Source: Nitrospirota bacterium
Lineage (GTDB): Bacteria; Nitrospirota; UBA9217
Length of the DNA: 64,000 bases
Assembly (NCBI GenBank): GCA_963749655.1
Contig: CAVVOB010000013.1
Coordinates: 262,685 to 326,684, forward strand
Direction of reading: 5' to 3'
The notes under the pieces were generated by a model. The model was given only the letters and a program-made list of their open reading frames with translations, was not told the DNA's origin and ran no database searches. The stretch's first letter is position 1, and the number at the start of each line of letters is the position of its first letter. Below, piece by piece: positions 51,328 to 61,601 of the stretch. A program made the position numbers and the translations under genes.

Positions 51328-52035
51328 ATGAGTAATGTTCTGAAAGTGTATGTACTGGCCATTGTCACAGCGCTTCTGTCTAGCGGGTTGGTTGCTCCCG
51401 CCTATTGCGACGAGGCGGCGCTCAAGACCGACAAGGACAGAATGAACTACAGCATCGGCGTCGATGTCATAAAGAATTACAAGAAGCAGGGAATCGACGT
51501 TGATCTCGATCTTGTGATTAAGGGAATGAAGGACGCCCTGTCGGGAGGGAAACTCCTGCTCACCGACGCGGAGATGCGCAAGATCCTCGTTTCCGTGCAG
51601 GCCGACATTCAGCGCAGGCAGAAGATGGCGCCTGTCGTGGCCGCCCGGGAAGGGCAGATCTTCCTGGCGGAGAACAAGGAAAAGGAAGGCGTTGTCACCC
51701 TGCCGGACGGATTGCAGTACAAGATTCTTAAGGCCGGCGAGGGGAAAAAGCCGACGGCTTCAGACCAGGTTGAATGCAATTACCGCGGGACGCGCCTGGA
51801 CGGTTCGGAGTTCGACCGGTCGTACGACAAGCCCGTGGTCTTCAGCGTCCAGGAGGGCGGCGGCATCCCCGGCCTGAGCGAAGCGCTGCAGCTCATGCCC
51901 GTGGGCTCCCGGTGGCAGCTCTTCATACCTCCCCAGCTCGCGTACGGCGACCGGGGAAGGGTCAGCATCATCGGTTCGCATGTGGGGCCGAACGAAACGA
52001 TCCTTATGGACGTGGAACTGCTCGCGATCAAGTAG
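51328..52035 (+). CDS. FKBP-type peptidyl-prolyl isomerase (Mip/FkpA-like)
   Basis: Signal, FKBP_N, GLQYKIL..G.G, YRG..DG.EFD, IPPQLAYG. Confidence 0.93.
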   Translation: MSNVLKVYVLAIVTALLSSGLVAPAYCDEAALKTDKDRMNYSIGVDVIKNYKKQGIDVDLDLVIKGMKDALSGGKLLLTDAEMRKILVSVQADIQRRQKMAPVVAAREGQIFLAENKEKEGVVTLPDGLQYKILKAGEGKKPTASDQVECNYRGTRLDGSEFDRSYDKPVVFSVQEGGGIPGLSEALQLMPVGSRWQLFIPPQLAYGDRGRVSIIGSHVGPNETILMDVELLAIK

Positions 52036-52228
52036 AGAACAGTTACTCAAGAGCGGCTTGCGCAAAGACGCAAAGACGCAAAGACGCCAAGACGCCAAGA
52101 AGATCTACTGCATTAATGCAGAATTTAATGGAATTTCTCTTTCTTTGCGACTTTGCGGCTTGGCGCGAAATTACTTTTTTCTTTAATGTATGAACTGGGC
52201 GCGTTAACTGCCAAAAGGAGAACCAGAT

Positions 52229-52576
52229 ATGAATAAGTTTACCCTCGTAATCATCGCCGTTATTTCCGTTTTTCTGATCGCAACGGCAAATGCCGGGCAA
52301 GCAGGCGATCCCGCAGCAGCGTCGCAGGACAAGGGCCTGGCAACCCAGGCTTCGCCGACAGCTCCGAAGAAGGCAGTCGGCTCCCGGCGCCAGAGGGCCC
52401 ACCAGGAAGTCGATCAAGCCAAGATCGAGCGCAATGCCATGCAAACAGGTGTTTCCGGCACGAAGCCCGGGAAGGCCAAGCTGTCGAAGCGCAACAAGGC
52501 CATGCTCGAGCAGAAGGAGCAGAAGAAGGCCAGACAGAAAGCGATCAAGTCGGAAATGTCCGCTACAACGAAATAA
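52229..52576 (+). CDS. Small exported basic hypothetical protein
   Basis: AAGGAG RBS, signal peptide ending ANA, K/A/Q-rich. Confidence 0.7.
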   Translation: MNKFTLVIIAVISVFLIATANAGQAGDPAAASQDKGLATQASPTAPKKAVGSRRQRAHQEVDQAKIERNAMQTGVSGTKPGKAKLSKRNKAMLEQKEQKKARQKAIKSEMSATTK

Positions 52577-52816
52577 GAAGGGCTCACTATTCAAGGCACA
52601 GGGAACCACGGATGAACACGGTTTAAATGAGAAGCAAGCGCTCGGGGAATCGTCGAATCTATCCAAACCGTGTTGATCCGTGGTTAAGATAAGAGCGAAA
52701 GAGTTTTAAGAGGAGGAATAAATCAAGGTATGGAAGTACAGCAGAACGGTATTGCGAGATTGGGGGCTTTTTTCAGCAGATTCAGAAGCACACACTTTTT
52801 TTTCAAGGAGGGATTT

Positions 52817-55800
52817 ATGAACAGGCGACACATGTTGATTTTAATCAGCCTGGTACTGGCGGCAGTCATGGCATGGGGGATCTCCCCGGCCTACGCAGGA
52901 CCGGGAACGCTGGCTGCGCCGGACGCGGCATACACGCCGAGCGGCGGCACGTTCTTTGCCAACAGCCCGCTGGGCTCGTATTACTACACCGGCGCAACAG
53001 GCACGGTCATCGGGCCCAGCAACTCGGGCACGCCGCTCAGGAAGTTTGTAGACAGGCTTCCGGGACTGACGTCCGCCGGGAGCAACACGCTCGGGCAGTA
53101 CCTGCCGCTCGCGAACCCGAACACGTCATTGTATCCCGGCTCGGATTATTACGAGATCGGGCTCAAGGACCACCGTGAGCTGATGCATTCCGATCTGCCC
53201 CCGTTCACGGACGGGTACGGCACCGGCACAAGGATCAGGGGATATTATCAGAAAAATACCGGCGACTTGAGGGCAGGGACGGACAACTCAACGCACTATC
53301 TCGGGCCGGTGATCCTCGCCACCAAGAACAGGCCGGTGCGCATCAAGTTCATCAACGAGCTTGGCGCAGCAAACGGCGAGGGCGACCTGTTCCTCCCTGT
53401 GGACACCACGTACATGGGTGCAGGGAACGGGCCGGACGGTGCGCATGCCTACACGCAGAACCGGGCTACCCTTCATCTCCATGGCGGACACACCCCGTGG
53501 ATCAGCGACGGCACCCCTCACCAGTGGACCGTGCCTGCAGTTGATTCGGGTCTGACCTATACCCGGGGCGTCAGCACCCAGAACGTACCGGATATGCCGG
53601 CCCCCGGACCGGGCGAAATGACCTTTTACTGGACCAACAACCAGAGCGGACGTTTGATGTTCTACCATGACCACGCCTACGGCATCACCCGTCTCAATGT
53701 GTACGCAGGCGAGGCCGCGGGGTACATCATCGTGGATCCGACCGAGGAAGCCTCCCTGGCGGCTGCGGGCGTGCCGGGCACGATCGTTACCGATCCGACC
53801 AGCAACGGAACAATCACCTCAGCCGACCTGGCGCACCTCATTCCCCTGGTCATCCAGGACAAGTCCTTTGTACCGCAAGATATAGCTGTTCAGGACGCAA
53901 AGTGGACAAACTCCAAATGGGGAGTCTACGGCGACCTCTGGTTCCCCCATGTGTACGAGACGAACCAGTGGCCGACCAACCCGGACCTGAGCGGCGCGAA
54001 CAACTTCGGCAGATGGGACTACGGTCCGTGGTTCTGGCCCGTGTTCCCGGTTGCCATCGGCGGACTTCCGACCCTGGACGTGTCGGGCGTGCCCGAGGGC
54101 TTCATGGACACGCCGGTCGTGAACGGCACGGCCTATCCCTATGTTGATGTGGACCCGGTAGCCTACCAGCTCAGGATCCTGAATGCCTGCAACGACCGCA
54201 TGCTGAACCTGTCGTTGTTCACGGCCGATACGAGCACGGCCGGTTTCTTCTCCGCGGCCCAGGGATATACGGAAGTCGCCATGGTTGCAGCGGTCCCGCG
54301 TTCGGCCTGTACCGCAACGGTCACGACGAACTGCACCTGCGACCTGGCAACGGCCAATACGCCGACAGGCTGCTTCCCGTCGACCTGGCCTACCGATGCA
54401 AGGGCCGGCGGCGTGCCGGATGCGGCTGCCATGGGCCCGTCATTCATTCAGATCCGGTCTGAAGGCGGTCTTCTGCCTGCTCCGGTTACGATCGCACCTC
54501 AGCCGGTCAACTATGAGTACAACCGCAGAAGCATCGTGGTCCTCAACGTATCAAACCACGGGCTCTTCATGGGCCCGGCGGAACGGGCCGATGTGATCGT
54601 CGACTTCTCGGCGTTCGCAGGCAAGACCGTTATCCTCTACAATGACGCACCCGCGCCGGTGCCTGCATTCGACCCGCGCTGGGATTACTACACCGGCAAC
54701 CCGGACTTTACCTGGCAGGGCGGCGCTCCTTCGACCCTTCCCGGCTACGGACCGAACACGCGCACGGTCATGCAGTTCCGCGTATCATCTGCACCGTCCG
54801 TGTCCTTTAATCCGGCGGGTATGATTGCGGCATGGCCGGGCATCTACACGGCATCGCAGCCCGCGCCTGTGGTGCCGCAGACAGCCTATCCCGGTGCGTA
54901 CCATGGGGCAACGGACACCTATTCCAGAATCGCGGATACGCAGCTGGTCTATACGAGCCTGACTACAAGCGCAACCGTGACAACGCAGATGAAGTCAAAA
55001 ACTATCCAGGAGCTGTTTACTACGGATTACGGCAGGATGAACGCTACCCTGGGGACCGAGCTGCCCTTTACAACAGCTACGATCCAGACAACGATCCCGC
55101 TCGGGTACATCGATCCGGCAACAGAGTACGTGGCAAATGGTCAGCCCCAGCTCTGGAGGATCACGCACAACGGCGTGGACACACATGCCATTCACTTCCA
55201 TCTCTTCGACGTGCAGGTGATCAACCGCGTCGGCTGGGATGGAGCGATCAGGCCGCCTGATGCCAATGAACTGGGTTGGAAAGACACGGTCAGGATGAAC
55301 CCGCTGGAAGATATCGTCGTAGCGCTCAGGCCGACAACACCTCCGGTGCCGTTCTCTCTGCCCAACAGCGTACGCGCTCTCGACGTGACCATGCCGCTGG
55401 GAACCACGGCACAATTCACGGGAGTTGATCCCTATACGGGCAACCCGATTACCGTGACGAACGCGACTACCAACTTCGGGTGGGAGTATGTGTGGCATTG
55501 TCACCTGCTTGGTCATGAAGAGAACGACATGATGCGGCCGATTATCTTCAGACCCAACGACCGAATCGGCGTAGTCACCGGTTCTTCCTGGTACCTCGAC
55601 GTAAACGGCAATGGCGTATGGAACGGTACCGTTACGGATAAGTTGATCAGTACCTTCACCGCCACTACTGGTGGGACCCCTGTATGGGGTGACTGGGATG
55701 GATCCGGAATCACCAAGATCGGTTTGTTCAAGAATGGTGTATGGTATCTCGATTTAAACGGTGATGGCGTCTGGAATTCTGCAAATGATCTGATGGCGAA

Positions 55801-56308
55801 GTTCGGCGTTGGTCAGGCCGGCGCAGTGCCTGTAACAGGTGACTGGACAGGAAACGGCGTTACGAAGATCGGCATCTTTGTGAACGGGAAATGGTACCTC
55901 GATCTCAACGGTAATGGCGCTTATAACGGTACACCGACGGACGCCCTCTACAACTTTGGTGGAGGTCAGGCCGGCGCAGTGCCTGTAACAGGTGACTGGA
56001 CAGGAAACGGCGTTACGAAGATCGGCATCTTTGTGAACGGGAAATGGTACCTCGATCTCAACGGTAATGGCGCTTATAACGGTACACCGACGGACGCCCT
56101 CTACAACTTTGGTGGAGGTCAGGCCGGCGCAGTGCCTGTAACAGGTGACTGGACAGGAAACGGCATCACGAAGATCGGTGTCTTCGTTAACGGAAAGTGG
56201 TATCTTGATAAGAGCGGCAACGGCGCTTGGGATGGCTCAACGACCGATTCTCTCCTGACCTTTGGAGGAGGGTTGGCCAGCCCGACACCTGTGGTCGGCA
56301 AATGGTAA
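52817..56308 (+). CDS. Large secreted multicopper oxidase with C-terminal 51-aa repeats
   Basis: All four Cu motifs: HLHG, YHDH, HAIHFH, HCHLLGHEENDM; signal peptide; WYLD.NG.G..PVTGDW repeats. Confidence 0.92.
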   Translation: MNRRHMLILISLVLAAVMAWGISPAYAGPGTLAAPDAAYTPSGGTFFANSPLGSYYYTGATGTVIGPSNSGTPLRKFVDRLPGLTSAGSNTLGQYLPLANPNTSLYPGSDYYEIGLKDHRELMHSDLPPFTDGYGTGTRIRGYYQKNTGDLRAGTDNSTHYLGPVILATKNRPVRIKFINELGAANGEGDLFLPVDTTYMGAGNGPDGAHAYTQNRATLHLHGGHTPWISDGTPHQWTVPAVDSGLTYTRGVSTQNVPDMPAPGPGEMTFYWTNNQSGRLMFYHDHAYGITRLNVYAGEAAGYIIVDPTEEASLAAAGVPGTIVTDPTSNGTITSADLAHLIPLVIQDKSFVPQDIAVQDAKWTNSKWGVYGDLWFPHVYETNQWPTNPDLSGANNFGRWDYGPWFWPVFPVAIGGLPTLDVSGVPEGFMDTPVVNGTAYPYVDVDPVAYQLRILNACNDRMLNLSLFTADTSTAGFFSAAQGYTEVAMVAAVPRSACTATVTTNCTCDLATANTPTGCFPSTWPTDARAGGVPDAAAMGPSFIQIRSEGGLLPAPVTIAPQPVNYEYNRRSIVVLNVSNHGLFMGPAERADVIVDFSAFAGKTVILYNDAPAPVPAFDPRWDYYTGNPDFTWQGGAPSTLPGYGPNTRTVMQFRVSSAPSVSFNPAGMIAAWPGIYTASQPAPVVPQTAYPGAYHGATDTYSRIADTQLVYTSLTTSATVTTQMKSKTIQELFTTDYGRMNATLGTELPFTTATIQTTIPLGYIDPATEYVANGQPQLWRITHNGVDTHAIHFHLFDVQVINRVGWDGAIRPPDANELGWKDTVRMNPLEDIVVALRPTTPPVPFSLPNSVRALDVTMPLGTTAQFTGVDPYTGNPITVTNATTNFGWEYVWHCHLLGHEENDMMRPIIFRPNDRIGVVTGSSWYLDVNGNGVWNGTVTDKLISTFTATTGGTPVWGDWDGSGITKIGLFKNGVWYLDLNGDGVWNSANDLMAKFGVGQAGAVPVTGDWTGNGVTKIGIFVNGKWYLDLNGNGAYNGTPTDALYNFGGGQAGAVPVTGDWTGNGVTKIGIFVNGKWYLDLNGNGAYNGTPTDALYNFGGGQAGAVPVTGDWTGNGITKIGVFVNGKWYLDKSGNGAWDGSTTDSLLTFGGGLASPTPVVGKW
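55811..56164 (+). repeat. Intragenic 153-bp tandem repeat (two identical copies plus start of a third)
   Basis: Units begin at 55811, 55964, 56117. Confidence 0.9.
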
Positions 56309-56340
56309 GTACGTAGGACCAGTCTAAGCAACTGAAGCCG

Positions 56341-56381
56341 AATCTGGGTGCGTCGAAGCGCGGCGCACCCAGATTTTTTTT
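56341..56381 (+). terminator. Rho-independent terminator
   Basis: AATCTGGGTGCG..CGCACCCAGATT followed by T-run. Confidence 0.8.
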
Positions 56382-56515
56382 AGCATCACGTGGCCTGGTT
56401 TTATTAAGTGGAAATGTATTTGGAATTATTGTGGAATTATCACGTTAGATGCTTTATAATGATGCTTAATCTGTTCTCATCCATGTTTGTCCATGCCTGT
56501 TATTCTTGATAATTC

Positions 56516-57568
56516 ATGATCAAACGAAAGACGATTTTGATCTATCGGACGGGACAGCTTGGCGATACTCTCATCGCGTTGCCTGCAATTCAGGCAATCC
56601 GGCAAAAGTTCCCCGATCATCGCCTCGTACTCCTGACCGATCAACATGATAATCATTTTGTTTCCTCGTGGGATATTTTGTCCCCGACCGGGTGGTTTGA
56701 CGACGTGATTTTTTACAGACCGCGGCGAGGAAATGGAGGCCAGTTACAAAACGGCCTTCGTTTGTTGAAAGCTTTACGGGCACTCGGACCCGAGTATATT
56801 TTTAACCTCTCTCCGGAAAGGTCTCTGTTCCAGCAGGCGCGGGACACATTTTTCTTCCGATATTTGAGCGGCACAGGGAACTACATATATCGCATGCACG
56901 TTGCAGACAGACTTCGCCCTGCTGGAGGCAGACTTCCTCGTGTGGAGCCGGAATGGCGTCAGTTGTTGACGATCGTCGATTCGGATGCCGTTTTTCCCCA
57001 GTTTCGCCTCATGATCCCAGAGGACTCGAAGAAATCGGCGAACGACCTCTTGTCTGCGGAAGGGATTGGGAAATCCCAAAGACTGATTGCCATGGTACCA
57101 GGTTCAAAAATGCCCTCAAAAGTCTGGCCACAGGCGCGTTTTGCCGGTTTGGGCGCCAGAATCCTCGATCAGCACCGGGACGTATCTTTGGTTGTTCTCG
57201 GAAGCAACGAAGACAGCGCCCTGGGACATCAGCTCTGCTCCGCATGGGGCCCGCGGAGCCGCAATTTCGCCGGGAAATTGGACGTCTACGCCTCGGCGGC
57301 CGTGCAAGAGTTGTGCATTGCCTACGTCGGCAATGATACCGGCGCAATGCATCTGGCGGGAATGGCGGGCGTCCCCTGCGTGGCGATCTTCAGCGCACGG
57401 GACTATCCGGGGAAATGGGATCCGTTCGGAGAAAATCACCGGATCCTGAGAAAAGACATCGACTGTGCCGGCTGCATGAGCGTTATATGTTCACGCGAAA
57501 ACAGGTGCCTCGCGATGATATCCGTTGAAGATGTGTACGGGGAGTTGAAAGGATTGGTCCCCCTATGA
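56516..57568 (+). CDS. Glycosyltransferase family 9 (heptosyltransferase-like)
   Basis: GQLGD, KVWP..F, GNDTGAMHLA. Confidence 0.9.
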   Translation: MIKRKTILIYRTGQLGDTLIALPAIQAIRQKFPDHRLVLLTDQHDNHFVSSWDILSPTGWFDDVIFYRPRRGNGGQLQNGLRLLKALRALGPEYIFNLSPERSLFQQARDTFFFRYLSGTGNYIYRMHVADRLRPAGGRLPRVEPEWRQLLTIVDSDAVFPQFRLMIPEDSKKSANDLLSAEGIGKSQRLIAMVPGSKMPSKVWPQARFAGLGARILDQHRDVSLVVLGSNEDSALGHQLCSAWGPRSRNFAGKLDVYASAAVQELCIAYVGNDTGAMHLAGMAGVPCVAIFSARDYPGKWDPFGENHRILRKDIDCAGCMSVICSRENRCLAMISVEDVYGELKGLVPL

Positions 57569-58323
57569 GTTTGACCACACGCATGGCCGGATTGCGGGCG
57601 ATGATGCGTTTTGACAACCGTTGGCAGCTTATTTTCAACCGGCTGTTCTTCAACAGCACGATTATGGTTTATCGATATAAGAACTGCAAGATCCTCGTAG
57701 ACCATGACGGCGGAGATGCAACGGGTGTGAGGAAGTGCCTTTCTACCGATATGTATCGGCAATTCATACCGCTAATGAAACTGGATCATCCTCTGACCAT
57801 TCTGGATTGCGGCGCGAACACGGGTGGTTTCCCCTTGCTTTTTCATACGGAGGGCTTCGCTCTCGCAAAGATCGTCGGCGTTGAAATGAACCCGTACACA
57901 TGCACTCGACTCCGGTACAATCTGTTCACGAATCTCGAGGTGGAAATCATCTGCCTGAATGCCGTCGTGGAGGACACCACCCGCGTCCATTCCCTGTGTT
58001 TCGGGCAGGGAAGCACCGGTGATTCCTTATTCAACGAAAACAAGACGGGTAAACGGTTCCGGATACAATCGCGTTCGCTGGATGACGTCATCGCTGAACA
58101 TTTCGGCGACGCCGTTGTCGACATTGTCAAAATCGATATTGAGGGCGCGGAATATATGCTGTTCGCGGGCCGGAATTTCAGACGATTGTCGCAGTGCAGA
58201 CATCTTGTGATAGAGATCCACAGGCTGGAAGGCCGCAGCGAACAAGAAGTTATCAGCGCAATACAGGCCCTTGGTTTTGCTTTGATCAAGCGGCGTGCGG
58301 ACGTCTTTCTCTTTTCACAATAG
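57565..58323 (+). CDS. FkbM family methyltransferase
   Basis: LDCGANTG, VKIDIEGAE, IEIH. Confidence 0.88.
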   Translation: MSLTTRMAGLRAMMRFDNRWQLIFNRLFFNSTIMVYRYKNCKILVDHDGGDATGVRKCLSTDMYRQFIPLMKLDHPLTILDCGANTGGFPLLFHTEGFALAKIVGVEMNPYTCTRLRYNLFTNLEVEIICLNAVVEDTTRVHSLCFGQGSTGDSLFNENKTGKRFRIQSRSLDDVIAEHFGDAVVDIVKIDIEGAEYMLFAGRNFRRLSQCRHLVIEIHRLEGRSEQEVISAIQALGFALIKRRADVFLFSQ

Positions 58324-58325
58324 CC

Positions 58326-59630
58326 ATGCGAATTCTTAAAACCACTTCCGTTTCGGCAGCCGACGTTATCAGGCAGACCATCGCTAACAAGCGACTGAGC
58401 AGCGGCCTGCTGTGGAATCTTCTCGCGACCCTCGCGGGCCGGAGCGCCGGTCTTGTTAGTGCAATCATAGTATCCCGGTCGCTCGGCAGGGAAGTGTTCG
58501 GAGAATTCAGCATCATTCAGAGCACGGTCTTTACCTTCGGCGTTTTCGCAGGGTTCGGCTCGGGACTCACGGCGACCAAGCATATCGCAGAGTCATTCAG
58601 GAGAGATCCGGACCGGGCCGGGAGGACGCTCGCCTTGTCTATGGCGCTGGCGTTTGCATTCGGCGTCGCAATGACGGCTGTGCTCATTCTGTGTTCCCCT
58701 CTCATCGCGGAGAGGATGCTCAAAGCGCCGGACCTTGCGCCGTTCCTCAGGATTGCGTCGCTGAGCCTCATTGCCAGTTCATTGAACGGCGCCCAATGCG
58801 GGGCATTGGCCGGATTCGAGGAATTCCGAAGGCTGTCGCGGGTCAACATTTATTCGGGTCTGGCGGGCATTGTGTGCGTGGCTGCCGGCGTCGCCGTTAA
58901 CGGCTTACCCGGCGCGTTGTGGGGATATGCCCTTGCAACGGTCGCATCCTGTTTTGCGGCCGGCGCAGCACTCCGGGCAGTGGCGCGCGGGAAGGGCGTC
59001 ATTGCCGACTACCGGCAATGCATGCAGGAGTGGCCCGTTCTCTGGCGGTTCAGCCTTCCGAACATGCTTGCAAACGCATTGGTAACACCGGCGGCGTGGC
59101 TGTGCAACGCCATGCTGGTGAGGAGGCCGGACGGTTTTGCGGAAATGGCCGTCTATAACGCCGCCAGCCAGTGGCGGCAGATCCTACTGTTCCTTCCCAG
59201 CATTGTGTCTCAGGTATTCCTGCCGATTATGTCCTCACAATCAGGGGAGCACGGGCGCGAGCCTACCAAGTCGCTCTACGCGAAAATTAACCTACTTGTT
59301 GCCACGCCTTTTCTGATTGTTTTGTCGGCCCTCAGCCCCTCCATTATGGCGCTATACGGCCGGGACTTCGACATCGCATGGAAAGTGTTTGTAGTAGTAC
59401 AACTGGCGACGTTCATGCAGATAATACAAGGACCCGCCATAATCTCATGGGCGGCAGACGGCAGAATGTGGACCAACTTCATCGCCAATGCGTTTTGGGG
59501 GGCGTTCCTTGTTCTACTGAGCTGGTTGTTCATCAGTCTGGGTGCGCTTGGATTGGCCTTAGCGCTAATGGTAAGCTTCATGCTCTATTTCGCGGTAATA
59601 AAGATTGCTCAACGGGGAATCGCGGAGTGA
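58326..59630 (+). CDS. Oligosaccharide flippase (Wzx family)
   Basis: About 12 TM, SRSLG.E.FG.F pattern, glycan cluster context. Confidence 0.83.
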   Translation: MRILKTTSVSAADVIRQTIANKRLSSGLLWNLLATLAGRSAGLVSAIIVSRSLGREVFGEFSIIQSTVFTFGVFAGFGSGLTATKHIAESFRRDPDRAGRTLALSMALAFAFGVAMTAVLILCSPLIAERMLKAPDLAPFLRIASLSLIASSLNGAQCGALAGFEEFRRLSRVNIYSGLAGIVCVAAGVAVNGLPGALWGYALATVASCFAAGAALRAVARGKGVIADYRQCMQEWPVLWRFSLPNMLANALVTPAAWLCNAMLVRRPDGFAEMAVYNAASQWRQILLFLPSIVSQVFLPIMSSQSGEHGREPTKSLYAKINLLVATPFLIVLSALSPSIMALYGRDFDIAWKVFVVVQLATFMQIIQGPAIISWAADGRMWTNFIANAFWGAFLVLLSWLFISLGALGLALALMVSFMLYFAVIKIAQRGIAE

Positions 59631-60637
59631 CCAGTCAAGGAATGGAACGATGCCGTCTCTGCGGCGGCTTTGCACACCGGGTCGCCGCCGACGTCCCCGG
59701 ATACCAGGAGGGCCGTACCTATTCTATTTTTGAATGCGACAAGTGTTTTACCTCCTTTGCCTCTCCGTTCGTGGTAGATGACGCGCTTTATACGCGAATT
59801 TACCAACATATTCAGTGCGTGCCAGGATACAGGCGCTATCACAGTTTTGCCCGAGAGGTCATGGTTCGAAGGAAACCCCTTGACTATCTGAGTCAACAGG
59901 AAGAGTCCTATTGGGCTGTTACACGATATTTGAGAGACAAATGGGAAAATAGATCTACCGTGAATGTTCTTGATGTAGGATGTGGGCTCGGCTATTTTAC
60001 TCACGCGCTGGTCCAGGATGGATATAATGCAATCGGCATAGATTTTTCCGAAAAAGCAATAGCGTGGGCACGTAAACACTTTGGTCCATATTACGAAACT
60101 GCAGCGCTTCGTGACCTGCACAACCTCGGAATGAGTTATGATGTCATAGTGATGAATCAATTCTTGGAGCATTTTCCCGATGTGCACGCCATTGTATCCG
60201 AAGCTACAGAGCTTCTAGCTCCAGGCGGAGAACTTATTGTTACTACCCCGAACAAATCTGCCTATCCGGGTACGGAATGGGAAACAGATTTGCCGCCTGT
60301 ACATCTGTGGTGGTTCGGAGAGGACGCCCTTAGGCACCTTGCCCGTGCGCACGGCTGCACGATTACGTTCATCAGTTTTGAAGCATTCTACCGCCTCTAT
60401 CCCAGGGGCAAGGTGAAACCCACTCGGTCGGGTAAGAGGCAACCGATCTTCAATGCCGACGGAGGCCTCATGAACGGCAAACCAATTCCGCATCGTCGGA
60501 TGATCTCCAGAGTGGCGGAGTCGACGGGCCTCCTACCCTGGTTGCAAAGGGTAAAGATTCTGCTGAATGGAAGCGAACGCTGGCGTGGGCCGCGAGGGCC
60601 CATTTGCGCCGCGGTATTCAAGCGTATCGAGGAATGA
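59627..60637 (+). CDS. Class I SAM methyltransferase with N-terminal Zn-ribbon
   Basis: CRLC..CDKC, LDVGCGLG, FLEH, TTPN, PPVHL. Confidence 0.85.
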   Translation: MTSQGMERCRLCGGFAHRVAADVPGYQEGRTYSIFECDKCFTSFASPFVVDDALYTRIYQHIQCVPGYRRYHSFAREVMVRRKPLDYLSQQEESYWAVTRYLRDKWENRSTVNVLDVGCGLGYFTHALVQDGYNAIGIDFSEKAIAWARKHFGPYYETAALRDLHNLGMSYDVIVMNQFLEHFPDVHAIVSEATELLAPGGELIVTTPNKSAYPGTEWETDLPPVHLWWFGEDALRHLARAHGCTITFISFEAFYRLYPRGKVKPTRSGKRQPIFNADGGLMNGKPIPHRRMISRVAESTGLLPWLQRVKILLNGSERWRGPRGPICAAVFKRIEE

Positions 60638-60638
60638 T

Positions 60639-61601
60639 ATGATGGCATGCAGGGCCTGCGGGAACAGGGACGATAACCGGCTCCACGTGTTCAAGGAACA
60701 ACACCTGGGACTGGGGGAGGAGTTCGAGTATATTGAGTGTGCCGTCTGCAAAAGTCTATCGATTATGAACATTCCGGTGAGCATGGAGAAGTATTACCCA
60801 TCGTCGTACTACTCGTTCGCGGCAAGGCCCTATAGCCAGCTACTTGGGTTCCTGAAAAGGGAACGGGACCTTGCCTTTCTCGGGAAAAAGAACATCATCG
60901 GCATCTTCCTCTCCCTGTTTCTGCCCACCCCGCTCTATATACCGTGGCTTCAAAAGCTGGGCTTGCCGGGAGGTGCGAGCATTCTCGATGTTGGAAGCGG
61001 CGCAGGAAATCTTGTCGTGAATCTCAGGGATGCGGGTTTCCGCGCAACCGGCATTGATCCTTTTATCGACGTTGAAATTTCTTATGTAAACGGTGCACGG
61101 GTTCTGAAACAGACCTTGGAAGAAACAATCGGCGCATTCGATTGCATCATGCTGCATCACTGCATCGAACACATGCCTGAGCCCCGGGAAGCCATGATGA
61201 AGATCGCTTCGCTGCTAAAACCCGGCGGTAAGGTGCTGATTAGGACACCAGTGGCAGGTATGCATGCATGGAAAATCTACGGAAGCAACTGGTTTCAGCT
61301 CGATGCCCCGCGACATTTTGTAATATTTTCAGAGCAGGGGCTCCGGATGGCGGCCGAGAAAAGCGGATTAAAAAATATCGGAGTTGTTTACGATTCAAAA
61401 GCAAACCAATTTTGGGCAAGCGAACAATACAATCGCGGCATCCCGCTGGCACACGAGAGCTCCCACGCAGTCAATCCGAATAGCTCGATGTTTTCGCGGG
61501 CGCAGATACAGGAGTACGAGAGGCAGGCCAGGCTTCTGAATGCCCACGGAGATGGAGACCAGGCAGCTTTTTATTTTGAGAAGGTGAAAGAAAATGCCTG
61601 A
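60639..61601 (+). CDS. Class I SAM methyltransferase with N-terminal Zn-ribbon
   Basis: CRAC..CAVC, LDVGSGAG, CIEH, DAPRH. Confidence 0.87.
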   Translation: MMACRACGNRDDNRLHVFKEQHLGLGEEFEYIECAVCKSLSIMNIPVSMEKYYPSSYYSFAARPYSQLLGFLKRERDLAFLGKKNIIGIFLSLFLPTPLYIPWLQKLGLPGGASILDVGSGAGNLVVNLRDAGFRATGIDPFIDVEISYVNGARVLKQTLEETIGAFDCIMLHHCIEHMPEPREAMMKIASLLKPGGKVLIRTPVAGMHAWKIYGSNWFQLDAPRHFVIFSEQGLRMAAEKSGLKNIGVVYDSKANQFWASEQYNRGIPLAHESSHAVNPNSSMFSRAQIQEYERQARLLNAHGDGDQAAFYFEKVKENA

